A DNA stretch of 62,341 nucleotides, the filler included, from Squatina squatina (taxonomy: Eukaryota), in the NCBI GenBank assembly GCA_031763465.1. It is 4 parts of 4 records of this genome, joined end to end, with 100 filler letters (N's around TTAATTAATTAA, not from the genome) between each part and the next. Parts side by side here need not be neighbours in the genome. Positions count along the whole stretch, not along the records: positions 14,205 to 32,573 come from JARFOE010000189.1; 3 more parts are not named here. One strand, 5' to 3'. Below the pieces are notes generated by a model, which worked only from the letters and a program-made list of their open reading frames with translations, ran no database searches and had not been told where the DNA came from. A program made the translations under genes and the position numbers. Below are positions 14,205 to 24,819 of the stretch, piece after piece. Numbering within the stretch: position 1 is the stretch's first letter; every line of letters begins with the position of its first letter.

Positions 14205-14905
14205 ACTCTAATTCACCCACCTTCTCAGTCCTTCCTCTGTTTATTTCTTAATCCATAAATCGCAGCAGGAGATAGACTGTTGGTCCCGTCGTTCACCAAG
14301 ATCCCAGATGCCCTGTTGTATTATCAGCACGCGCTTCCAGCAACTTTGTGGGAAATAAATTTTTGAGCTGAAATGATGCAGGAACAAGTCTAACTAACAG
14401 GGCACGCCTTGAAATGCCATGCGATGCCCCACTCCAGCATCCATTTGCACCCTGTTATCGCCCCCTGGAGGAGCTAACGGGAGGCACAAGGAATCCAATT
14501 TCGAAGTCTGTTGAAGATGAGAATTATGCTTCTTCCATAACACTTCATGCACTGCTCTCACTTCAAAACTCTGATAATGGACAAGAAACTGACTGAAGGG
14601 TAGGAAACAAGGAGTACTTGTTAAAGGAATTATGCCAGAATGAGAGCAAGTGCAGAGTGAAGTGCCTCAGGGCTCAGTGCTGAAATCAGTAATGTTTATA
14701 ACTTACATAAATGACCTGGATCAAAAAGATTTATAAAGTGTTCAGAATTGCATATTATGGCAAACTAGGTGGGGCAATGGAAGAGGCAGCTCAGAAATTA
14801 CACACTGAGTTGGATAAGATATGTAAGTGGGTGGAACAATGGCAGTTGAAAATATAATCCAGGCAAAGGTAAAGTACTATACATAGGATGACAAAATAAT
14901 CCACA

Positions 14906-15087
14906 GGGGTAATTTTCACTTTCATTGTCTGGGCGATAAGTTGGCAGAGTGGATTGCATGCCCCTGGTAGAACCCACCCAATTTGCATCTTATTGAAATC
15001 AATGCAATTAAAATCATACGGTTTCTACAATGGGTAGCTCCACTCTGCCAGATTACTGCCCAGGCAATGAAGGTGAAAACTAACCCC
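14906..15087. mobile_element. Palindromic non-autonomous DNA transposon (MITE) next to a degraded CR1 RT fragment (about 14650-14900)
   Basis: Imperfect terminal inverted arms of about 48 bp: ggggtaattttcactttcattgtctgggcgataagttggcagagtgga / tccactctgccagattactgcccaggcaatgaaggtgaaaactaacccc. Confidence 0.75.
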
Positions 15088-15357
15088 CATATGTCTTGTG
15101 AAATTCCACTGCGTTTAAGGCGCATTACAATACAATGTGCTTTAGAAATGAACATTTGTGTTTTTTTTTAAAAAAGTGTACTGGTAAAGTCAATACTCAG
15201 AAAACTGGTAAAAATCCTAGAGTTCTCAATAACAAAAGTGAAATTTGACTGATTCAGTTATTGTAAGCCAGTGGCTCTGATAAGGATCTATAGTTTTGTA
15301 TTGTGTGGTCTATTAAAAAAAAAATTAACTTTGTAAAATTTTATTTTTTACAAAAAG

Positions 15358-15518
15358 GCAGCACACATTAGCATATGTTACATCATCTGGAAAGGTGTAT
15401 TCATTTGGTCTTGGAGGAAATGGTCAATTAGGAACTGGATCTGCAAGCAACAGAAAAAGTCCCTGCACAGTGAAAGGAGCATGGGTTCCTTATGATGAAC
15501 CATATTCTCCAGTTCTCA
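15358..15518 (+). CDS. HERC4: HERC4 E3 ubiquitin ligase exon (end of RCC1-like domain)
   Basis: AG/GT-bounded; QHTLAYVTSSGKVYSFGLGGNGQLGTGSASNRKSPCTVKGAWVPY matches the HERC4 RCC1 repeat SFGLGGNGQLGTG...NRKSP. Confidence 0.92.
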
Positions 15519-16151
15519 GTAGGTGTCACTATAGTTGCACTTTTATATAAAAGCTTCTTATAAATTCTCCCATGTGCAATTCCTGTAAATGTGACTCTGT
15601 ATTTCTGCCTCATTTTTAAATCACCCTTCTCAGTTCATCTTAATTGCAGTCTGTATTCTGAGTTATTATAATTATGCCCAAATTTATTTTACTTGCCTCT
15701 GATTGCAATGTAATTGACTTTCAGTTAATATCCACTTTCTCAATAGCTGCAGCAGACCAACTCCAAGCTAGGTGTAAATGTAGAAACGTTTTCAACTTTC
15801 AAACTTTTTAAGCAATTTATATATTAATATTTCCACAGCTGGAAAATTTTTCTATCTTGTTCATCCAACAAAACTTTTTAGATCCAGTTGTGCTTGTTAC
15901 TGCAGGAAAATAAAGCTCTGTTCAGACACATGATTAAATTGTTTTAGCATTAAAATATTTGTATTACTTCAGAGTTTGACCGAAAGATTGTAAATGATTT
16001 TCAATAATGGTAAATCTGTTCTGTGATTTGCTGTGCTCCTGAATAAACTGCTCCCTTCCATTTAGAGGACATAATTATATGTGACTTAAACCAGATTTTA
16101 TAGAAAATGTTACATTCTGATAATTTTAACCACCTATTTTCATTATTGCAG

Positions 16152-16228
16152 ATGCCAGCGGCAATTATTGTAACAAAAGAATTTTCTCTGGAGGTGACCA
16201 AAGCTTTGCACATTATTCAAATCTCCAG
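16152..16228 (+). CDS. HERC4: HERC4 exon
   Basis: ttgcag|...|gtaaag; ASGNYCNKRIFSGGDQSFAHYSNLQ (HERC4 KRIFSGGDQSF motif). Phase-compatible with the previous exon. Confidence 0.92.
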
Positions 16229-16947
16229 GTAAAGCTAAACATTTCATATTGGAAGCATTTCTTAAAATGAAATTTTGTGATCAACATCCATTTTTGAAGT
16301 TCATTACAAGAGTTGTTTTCCTATCTCTCTTCTCTGCAGTGAAGCTGAATAAGTTCTATTTTGCATAATGGGGTGCAGCCAGCAGCAGGGAACCAATACT
16401 TCCTCGCTGCTGTCCCCATTCTCAGGAGTACCTGTCCTTCCGTTCCTGTTTTGCAGCATTGCAGAATAAATTTTCTATTTCTTCAAATTAATCTACAGAA
16501 AATAATGGGCTGGAAGCACACTTTTTTTGCCTGCTATTACATGTCAAATTGCAGAAGTGGATTGGGGGNNNNNNNNNNNNNNNNNNNNNNNNNNNNNNNN
16601 NNNNNNNNNNNNNNNNNNNNNNNNNNNNNNNNNNNNNNNNNNNNNNNNNNNNNNNNNNNNNNNNNNNNTATAGGAACTGTTTTATTTTACATATTTTACA
16701 GCAGTAAGGTTTTTTTTACAGATTTATCTAGAAATTAATTTTTAACAAAAAATAGATCCAGACAATTGTTTTCAACATTCTGAAACTGTTCATCTCTGAA
16801 AAGCCTGGTCTTAATTTTTTTTTAAATATGTATAGTGATACAATTGCTGACTTAGCAAGAAACCTTCATTTGATCTGAAGTTTTGGCAAAGTGTCTGTGA
16901 GGTTTACTCTGACATATCTAAACTAATTGATCTCATTTTTGTTTCAG

Positions 16948-17059
16948 TAATGATGATCACTATAAAACCAGTTACAAGTTCTCCGGGATTGACATGAACG
17001 CAGCTAGACTATTATTCCACAGACTGATACAGTCTGACCATCCTCTGATTTGTCAACAG
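16948..17059 (+). CDS. HERC4: HERC4 exon
   Basis: tttcag|...|gtactg; NDDHYKTSYKFSGIDMNAARLLFHRLIQSDHPLICQQ. Confidence 0.92.
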
Positions 17060-17527
17060 GTACTGTATATTTAGATGTCTTCATGCAACAGAATATAACC
17101 TTGTATTCCGGCAGCAGATTAGTTGAGGCCCTCCCCTGAGAAAGTTGTGAGCATTTTTTGCTCATCAGTCTTGATTTCACATTTAGAATTGATCAACTAT
17201 ATTTTTCATCAGGTTACCCTACAGTAGAGGAGCATCTAACCTCAAGTAAGAGTGGAGCAGCTGTTTTCATTGGTTTAACACCTGACATATATGTGTCTTA
17301 CATGTCTGAGTGCAACACTTAGTTGCATTGTTGATNNNNNNNNNNNNNNNNNNNNNNNNNNNNNNNNNNNNNNNNNNNNNNNNNNNNNNNNNNNNNNNNN
17401 NNNNNNNNNNNNNNNNNNNNNNNNNNNNNNNNNNNGCGCTGAATGTGTCAATAGTTACTTTAAAATTTAAGATGGGAAATGTCTTCATGCCATGTGATGT
17501 GAATTTCATTTTTTAAATTATCTTTAG

Positions 17528-17626
17528 ATGCAGGATATGCCAATTACAATTTGTACTTATCCATTTGTATTTGACGCCCAAGCAAAAACAACACTTTTAC
17601 AGACAGATGCCATCTTACAAATGCAG
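17528..17626 (+). CDS. HERC4: HERC4 exon (pre-HECT region)
   Basis: MQDMPITICTYPFVFDAQAKTTLLQTDAILQMQ|gtgag. An in-frame alternative acceptor at 17533 would start the exon at 17534. Confidence 0.92.
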
Positions 17627-17734
17627 GTGAGAACATTTTCTGTTGATCTGGCACAGTCCAGTAAAACCTAGGTAACTTGTGTAACAGATCAGAAATAAAA
17701 TGATTAATGCCTTATTTTATATCTTGCTATTTAA

Positions 17735-17865
17735 TCAAAAGCAAAATACTGTGGAAAATCGTCAATAAAAACAGAAAATGCTGGAAATACTCAGCAGGTC
17801 AGGCAGCAACTATGGAGAGAGAAACAGTTAATGTTTCAGGTCAATGACCTTTCATCAGAACTGGT
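17735..17865 (-). mobile_element. Short dispersed repeat, probably a Penelope-like element terminus, containing a minimal hammerhead-ribozyme motif (17825-17863)
   Basis: Minus strand CAGTT-CTGATGA-A-AGGTC-ATT-GACCT-GAAAC-ATT-AACTG, followed by ...tctctccatagttgctgcctgacctgctgagtatttccagcattttctg. Related copies lie at about 22000-22105, 36395-36485, 41850-41910, 47486-47582 and 49770-49850. Confidence 0.7.
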
Positions 17866-18624
17866 GAACTTCCAATTTAATATTGTGCTATTCAGTTTTT
17901 ATTATTCCTGTGTGCCAGGAATGGTTTGTATTAAATAAAATGGTGACAAAAAAGTTTATAGAAACTTCATGTAAATGTTATAAAATAAAAACAAGTATTC
18001 TCCAAATTTAATATATTATGGTGCTGGTACCATCTTAAGAAAATGGCCTACTTCATAAAACATCTATACCATCTATCATTCGGTACCATTTCCTGGTTTT
18101 ACAATGTTTGACTGTTCGGGATCTTTCCTGGCAGGTGATCATCTTCCCAATTGTACAACTTTTCAATGTGAATCTTGCTTACACTCCATTAAAGGACTTA
18201 ATGCATGATGGTAAATACAGCACAGGCACAGGCTATTCAGTCCCTCTGCTCAGTGCTGGTGTTTCTGCTCCACATGAGCCTCCTCATCTCCTTCTATTCC
18301 TTTCTCCCTCCTGTGTTTATCCAGCTTCCCCTTAAATGTATCTCTACGATTCACCTCGACCCCTCCCCGTGGGAGCGAGTTCCACATTCTCCCCACTCTC
18401 TGGGTAAAGAAGTTTCACCTGAATTCCCGATTGGGTTTATTGGTGACTATTTTCTATTGATGGCCCCGAGTTCTGGTCTTGCAAGGCAAGGCCAACTATA
18501 CTCCACTCAAGCCTCCTCAAACCCCTCCTTCATCTCAACATAACCTTCTATTCCTTTCTCCTTCATGTGTTTATCTAGCTTCCCCTTAAATGCCTCAACC
18601 ACTCCACGTGATGGTGAGTGCGAG

Positions 18625-18733
18625 CATTCGGGAATGTCAGCTGGATTTTGTGTTCAAGTCTCTGGAGTGGGGATTCGAACCCACGATCTTCTGCCTCAGA
18701 GGCGAGAGTGCTGTCCACTGAGCCACGGCTGAT
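18625..18733 (-). mobile_element. 5' (tRNA-derived head) fragment of SacSINE1/Deu-type SINE
   Basis: Minus strand tcagccgtggctcagtggacagcactctcgcctctgagg...gggttcgaatccc, with Pol III A and B boxes. CR1 3'-UTR fragments precede it at about 18215-18600. Confidence 0.8.
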
Positions 18734-19450
18734 TATACAGTTAAAGCCCACCATCTNNNNNNNNNNNNNNNNNNNNNNNNNNNNNNNNNNNNNNNNNNNN
18801 NNNNNNNNNNNNNNNNNNNNNNNNNNNNNNNNNNNNNNNNNNNNNNNNNNNNNNNNTTTTTCATATGTAATATTCAATATTGGTGGAAGTGAAATTTTCA
18901 TAGTGCTGCTTTTTATGTTTCTATTGTAATATAACTTGGGGAGTTCTTCCTGCATTAGAGCACCATTGTATTTGGGATTCAAATTTTCCGTCCTTTATGG
19001 GAAACCATGCTTACCCTGTGACATGTTCAGTCTTCTAAATGTTTAGCTTTGAACTACTCAACTGAGTTGGAGTTTTGTGGGACTGTTCATTCCTTGTGTT
19101 TAAGGAAAAGGTACCTCCTAATTCATCTAAAACTAAAAATCCCACATTATTGTGTTGGTGGCATATTAAATACTGAAAATAATGTGCTTTTCTGTATTTT
19201 ATTTTGTAAAGATAAAAGGGGGTAAAGAGCTGGCAATCTGAAATTAAAACAGAAATTTTGCAAAATACAAACCAGGATTGCCAGTAAATGTGGAAGATTA
19301 CTAGAAATCTTTGGTCTCTCCATGCTTTGATCTATTTTAGCCTTGTATAGGGTGGAGTTCTTGTTACCTGAAAATGCACAATGGTTTAGTTAATATTTTA
19401 GATTTTTTTAGCATTTTACCTTTTCCTCAATTCTCTATCCATTTAAACAG

Positions 19451-19533
19451 ATTGCAGTAGAAAAGTTTGGTATAACAGAAGTTAAAGAGTTGGTTCCGGG
19501 TGGCACCACTATTTCTGTCACTAAAGATAACAG
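19451..19533 (+). CDS. HERC4: HERC4 exon (HECT domain)
   Basis: aaacag|...|gtgaga; IAVEKFGITEVKELVPGGTTISVTKDNR. Confidence 0.9.
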
Positions 19534-20489
19534 GTGAGAGACCTTGTTTAGATGCACTGCAGAAAAATAATAGTGAAAGCCACATGTATTTTTGTAAAAG
19601 CTTTCATTCTGTTCACAAATGGTCCTTTGATGATTACAATAATCATCTTAAATGGCAATTGGAAGTTTTATGCATCACTAAACAATATTTTGATGCACAA
19701 ATCTTTAATTTTACAATATTATGGAAGTGATCACCTGTAAATGACAATGAAAGATAAATTATCAATGCTTCAATTATCTGCATTCTCACTTGTCTGCGAG
19801 AATTTACACGGGAGTCGGAAGACCAGCGGACTACATTGGAGAGCGGTATGAGAGGAGTGCACTCATCAGCTGTTTAAGTGGAGTGCAGCCATATATAAAG
19901 AGCACTTCTGCTTCCCCCAAACAGCTGGTCAGGCCACTCTGCTCACTACACCTGCCCTTTTCCTCAGTGATCTCTCCTAACTGCTTCCGTAGCCCTTTGA
20001 TCTGATTTTTTACCTGGTTGAAGTGGGTGATTTATTTAGAAGTGACCAATGACACTTCTGAATAATTATCCACAAATGACTGGGAAATGTCACAATTAGA
20101 TGCACAAATATTTAAAAAGATAAAGGTGGGAGGTGATTTCCTTACCCCAAGCTGGTTTTGAAAATTGTGTTGGTCAGACATCCTGTTATCCATCAAAACG
20201 CTTCTATTGAAAGAATGAAAACCTTGCAAGGTACATAATCAAATATTTACATTAAGTGCATCTTATGCCCCCATNNNNNNNNNNNNNNNNNNNNNNNNNN
20301 NNNNNNNNNNNNNNNNNNNNNNNNNNNNNNNNNNNNNNNNNNNNNNNNNNNNNNNNNNNNNNNNNNNNNNNNNNCTGCGCTCTGTGCACACAGTATTCAA
20401 CCTAATATTTGCTTGTTCCAAAATGTAACTTTTTTTCTAATCTATAGGTTGTTGATTACACGAGTAAACAGCTTTGTTTTTTTGCATAG

Positions 20490-20592
20490 AATACTGAATA
20501 TAAAGGAGAATACTGGGCAGAACATCCGACCATCAAACTCTTCTGGGAGGTGTTCCATGAACTGCCTTTGGAAAAGAACAAACGTTTTCTGT
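20490..20592 (+). CDS. HERC4: HERC4 penultimate exon (HECT C-lobe)
   Basis: gcatag|...|gtaagt; NTEYKGEYWAEHPTIKLFWEVFHELPLEKNKRFL. Confidence 0.95.
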
Positions 20593-20723
20593 GTAAGTCT
20601 TTAAAGACATGAATGAGCTCATTGAATTAATTGGTCATGATTTTATCTGTTTTAAGTTCCTTCCTTCTACGTGCACTGGTTGAAACTGAGAATGATTGAT
20701 TATGTTATGTGTTTATTTTACAG

Positions 20724-20932
20724 TGTTTCTAACTGGCAGTGACCGTATCCCAATTCTTGGAATGAAGAGCCTAAAATTTATCATTCAGCCAACTGGAGGT
20801 GGAGATAATTACCTTCCAGTGGCACACACCTGTTTTAATCTTCTGGATCTGCCAAAATACACAGACAAAGAAACCCTTCAGTCCAAGCTAGTTAAAGCCA
20901 TAGACCATTATGAAGGCTTCAGCTTGGTGTGA
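20724..20932 (+). CDS. HERC4: HERC4 last coding exon with the catalytic HECT cysteine
   Basis: ttacag|; FLTGSDRIPILGMKSLKFIIQPTGGGDNYLPVAHTCFNLLDLPKY...EGFSLV*, containing the HTCFN catalytic motif. Confidence 0.96.
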
Positions 20933-21687
20933 AAACNNNNCCCTCAACTACACATCTTTTGCTTTTTGAGTTGGGTAAAAAGCTGAATGCTTGGAAATTA
21001 CACATTTAGCAAAAAAATGCTGTGTCATGAGAAATTGAACTGAACAAAATACAGTAAAGAGCTTACAATGTGTTAATTTTAGCAATTTGTATAGAATCAT
21101 GTATACTGTTAATGCTAAATATTAAAATTACATTTACAAATTATGGGTATAAATTATCTATATTGATAACATCAGAAGAGCCACTAATACGTTGCCTTAT
21201 AGACACAAAGTCAACTAGAGCAGGGGTTCTCAACCGTTGGTCTGCAGCCCCCTAGGGGTCCGCTAGTTGGTTTGTCCCATCAGTATACAGGGGGAGACTA
21301 CTGACGTATATTCATCTCCCCTGTATAATGAGACGAGTGGAATAGTCTCAGTGATAACAAAGACTGTGCATGCGTAGTCAATTCAGGTTCTTACTGTTGG
21401 ACGCCATTTGAATGCTTAGACAAGTCCCTTAGCATGAGCCTTCCTTTCAACCCCATTGTAATGAAGCCATTTCGCACACACTCTGTAATTCACATCGCCA
21501 CTAGCACACCAGGGAGATTTGCTGACTTGGGGGATGAAAACTGTAAATGGTGGAAATTAATAAAACTGAAGTTGCTGGTAATACACAACAGGGCTGTCAG
21601 CATTTGGAATGCAACAAGATTGTCTAATGTTTCGACTTGGATCCTTCCATTTAGGTATCAGGAAATAAACAAGTTCCTTCTATAAAT

Positions 21688-21951
21688 GCTTTTATGTTGC
21701 GTTCTTGCTGGCTCCTGCCATATGGCTCTCCTGCAGCTGGTGGCAACCCTCAAGTTAGCTTGCCAGGTACACTTAAGGCCAGCTACCGAGACACTAAGGC
21801 TAGCTATTGGGCAGACCCAGTTAATTTTTTTAAACGGTGTACCAGCTACCGGCCCTGGTGGTTCCAGCACGTTGCAGTTGATGCTGGCTGCACAAGACCC
21901 ACATGTCAGGAGCCGGCAGCAACTAAAATGGCAAGAAACCAATATAAAAGC
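21688..21951. mobile_element. Degraded foldback/MITE-like element
   Basis: Inverted arms gcttttatgttg...ctggctcctgccatatgg versus ccacatgtcaggagccgg...caatataaaagc. Confidence 0.55.
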
Positions 21952-23509
21952 AGCATCTTGGACTGAATCAAGTGCAGAGGAGAGGGGGAGTTCAGCAGGT
22001 AAGAGTCAAAGAAATAAAAACATGATGCTTGAAATACGGTCATCCCTGGTGAAAAGAATAAAAGTCAGGTTAATGTTTTGGTTGTTGAACCTTCATCAGA
22101 ACTCGAAGATGGATGAACTACTTCATAAGACTAAACACAACCAAACGGCAGGGGAAGGAACAGCAGGGCGGAAGTCCAGTCAGCATGTCACAGAGGAACA
22201 GTTAATACATTGACCACCAAAACTGTTTGTTTGAATGAGGCATACTGACATATATTGTTGCAGAAAATGTGCAATAGCTTCGTTAAGCATGTATCCTGCA
22301 TGCAAACAAGGGCCTTTATCTGCAATGAATAATTTTCCCAATCTTTGGGTGGATGGAAGTCTCACCAGCATTAATTCCATCCTTTGCAGTGAGCATTAAA
22401 GGCAAGTTGTATGCAGAAGGCTGTGGAGGATTTTTTTAAGGGGGTGGATTTTTGAGGTCTTTTTTCAGAATGTGTAGAAAATGGCAAATAAAAAAGCAGC
22501 TAAATCATTGTCTCCAATCACTGGAAAGCCAACTGTAGATAGTAATTTAGAAAGTTCAGCAAAAAGGTATGTGTAAAATGGCTCCTAAAATACAGCGTTT
22601 CTCATTAGCTCGGAGTTAATGGGCATGTAACTGCTAGCTACAGAGTCTAACACNNNNNNNNNNNNNNNNNNNNNNNNNNNNNNNNNNNNNNNNNNNNNNN
22701 NNNNNNNNNNNNNNNNNNNNNNNNNNNNNNNNNNNNNNNNNNNNNNNNNNNNNTGAGATCAGTAAATAGTGTTAAGATTTTTGTAATACAATCACTTTTT
22801 GGCATATGGAAAAAGCATTGAGAAAATATACATGTGGCAGCACTGGCATGCTGTACATAAAAGCTTCTGTTCATGAAGTCTACTTCTAAACCCCTTGTTC
22901 ACCCCTTTTTTAAATGCTAAAAAAGAATATATGCACAGTTACTGGAATTATTCTGCTCAATTCCTTAACTAACGGAATCTTGGTTTAGGCTGAATCAATG
23001 TTTTTGCCAAGAATGATGCAGAAATGAGTAACAGGCATAATGTCAAAGATGAGTACTATTAGTAGGATCGGAAACTACGATCACAGTTTAAACGGTCCCT
23101 CTATTCTTACTCTATAAAATTATTCCCACTGCAATTTTGAATCTTAAAACTCATTTTTCTAGGACTCCGCCTCAACAAAAGGGTAACTTTGGGAGAAGCC
23201 AGAGTTGTGATTGATAGGTAAAGCAATACCTTAAAATTATTTTTGTAATACATGCAAAAAAAAGTAAGATAAAAGAATTTTGGATTTCAAACTTTTAAGC
23301 CGGAGCTCCACTGTTTTGGGTTTCACCTTTGACCCTAAAGTGCTATGGTATTTGCACTGTTTGAATAGCCATCGCTATCTTGTNNNNNNNNNNNNNNNNN
23401 NNNNNNNNNNNNNNNNNNNNNNNNNNNNNNNNNNNNNNNNNNNNNNNNNNNNNNNNNNNNNNNNNNNNNNNNNNNNNNNNNNNAAGTTGCCAGCGCGGCG
23501 CAACCCAAT

Positions 23510-23795
23510 TGGAGCCCCTAAAAATTAGAGCTAGGCCTTTCAGGAGTGAAATTAGGAACACTTCTACGCACAAAGGGTGGTAGAAGTTTGGAACTCTCTT
23601 CCACAAACAGCAATTGCTGCTAGATCAATCGTTAATTTTAATTCAGAGATTGATAGCTTTTTGTTAACCAGAGGTAAATGCGGGTATATGGAGTTAGGTT
23701 GCGGGTATATGGAGTTAGGTTGCAGATCAGTCACGATCTCACTGAATGGCGGAACAGGCTTGATGGGCTAAATGGCCTAGTCCTGTTCCTACATT
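23510..23795 (+). mobile_element. HER1/CR1 LINE 3' end
   Basis: Peptide-like LKIRARPFRSEIR..VEVWNSLPQ and 3' tail gaatggcggaacaggcttgatgggctaaatggcct...cctgttccta. Internal 21-bp tandem duplication at 23679-23720. Confidence 0.85.
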
Positions 23796-24819
23796 CAGAG
23801 GACAAATGGCTTACAAATTTACCAAAATTATACACATTTTAATGTTCTGGCATTCAGCAACAGATTCTATACAATGAAAGAAATGGATGCACTTCAGAAC
23901 TAAATTAACGGTCTTTCTGTACATTAATGTAGCCCTTTAAAAGCAATTTCAATTAATGAATCCAAAGCTAAATAATTTACCAAGGAGATTTATTGCAATA
24001 TATTATCCATTCAAATACATCTTTACTTTAAAAGAGAAGCACAGAGAACAGAGACTGTGGTACATGGAACAGGAACAAGCTTTTGAAATTTCAGGCAACT
24101 CAGTTTAAATTAACAGAACATTTCCATTAATCACAGTATTCCAACAGGACTTTTTTTTTTATTTCAAAAAGCATTTTCTTTGTAAAAGTTTGCAAATTCA
24201 AATCGTAGGATGTTAAATGCATTAAAAAAATTTCAAGACCCAAAACTGCAAGTATGAAATTGTTTTTGTATCTGAAAACAAGACATCTTTTAATNNNNNN
24301 NNNNNNNNNNNNNNNNNNNNNNNNNNNNNNNNNNNNNNNNNNNNNNNNNNNNNNNNNNNNNNNNNNNNNNNNNNNNNNNNNNNNNNNNNNNNNNNNNNNN
24401 NNNNNNNNNNNNNNNNNNNNNNNNNNNNNNNNNNNNNNNNNNNNNNNNNNNNNNNNNNNNNNNNNNNNNNNNNNNNNNNNNNNNNNNNNNNNNNNNNNNN
24501 NNNNNNNNNNNNNNNNNNNNNNNNNNNNNNNNNNNNNNNNNNNNNNNNNNNNNNNNNNNNNNNNNNNNNNNNNNNNNNNNNNNNNNNNNNNNNNNNNNNN
24601 NNNNNNNNNNNNNNNNNNNNNNNNNNNNNNNNNNNNNNNNNNNNNNNNNNNNNNNNNNNNNNNNNNNNNNNNNNNNNNNNNNNNNNNNNNNNNNNNNNNN
24701 NNNNNNNNNNNNNNNNNNNNNNNNNNNNNNNNNNNNNNNNNNNNNNNNNNNNNNNNNNNNNNNNNNNNNNNNNNNNNNNNNNNNNNNNNNNNNNNNNNNN
24801 NNNNNNNNNNNNNNNNNNN

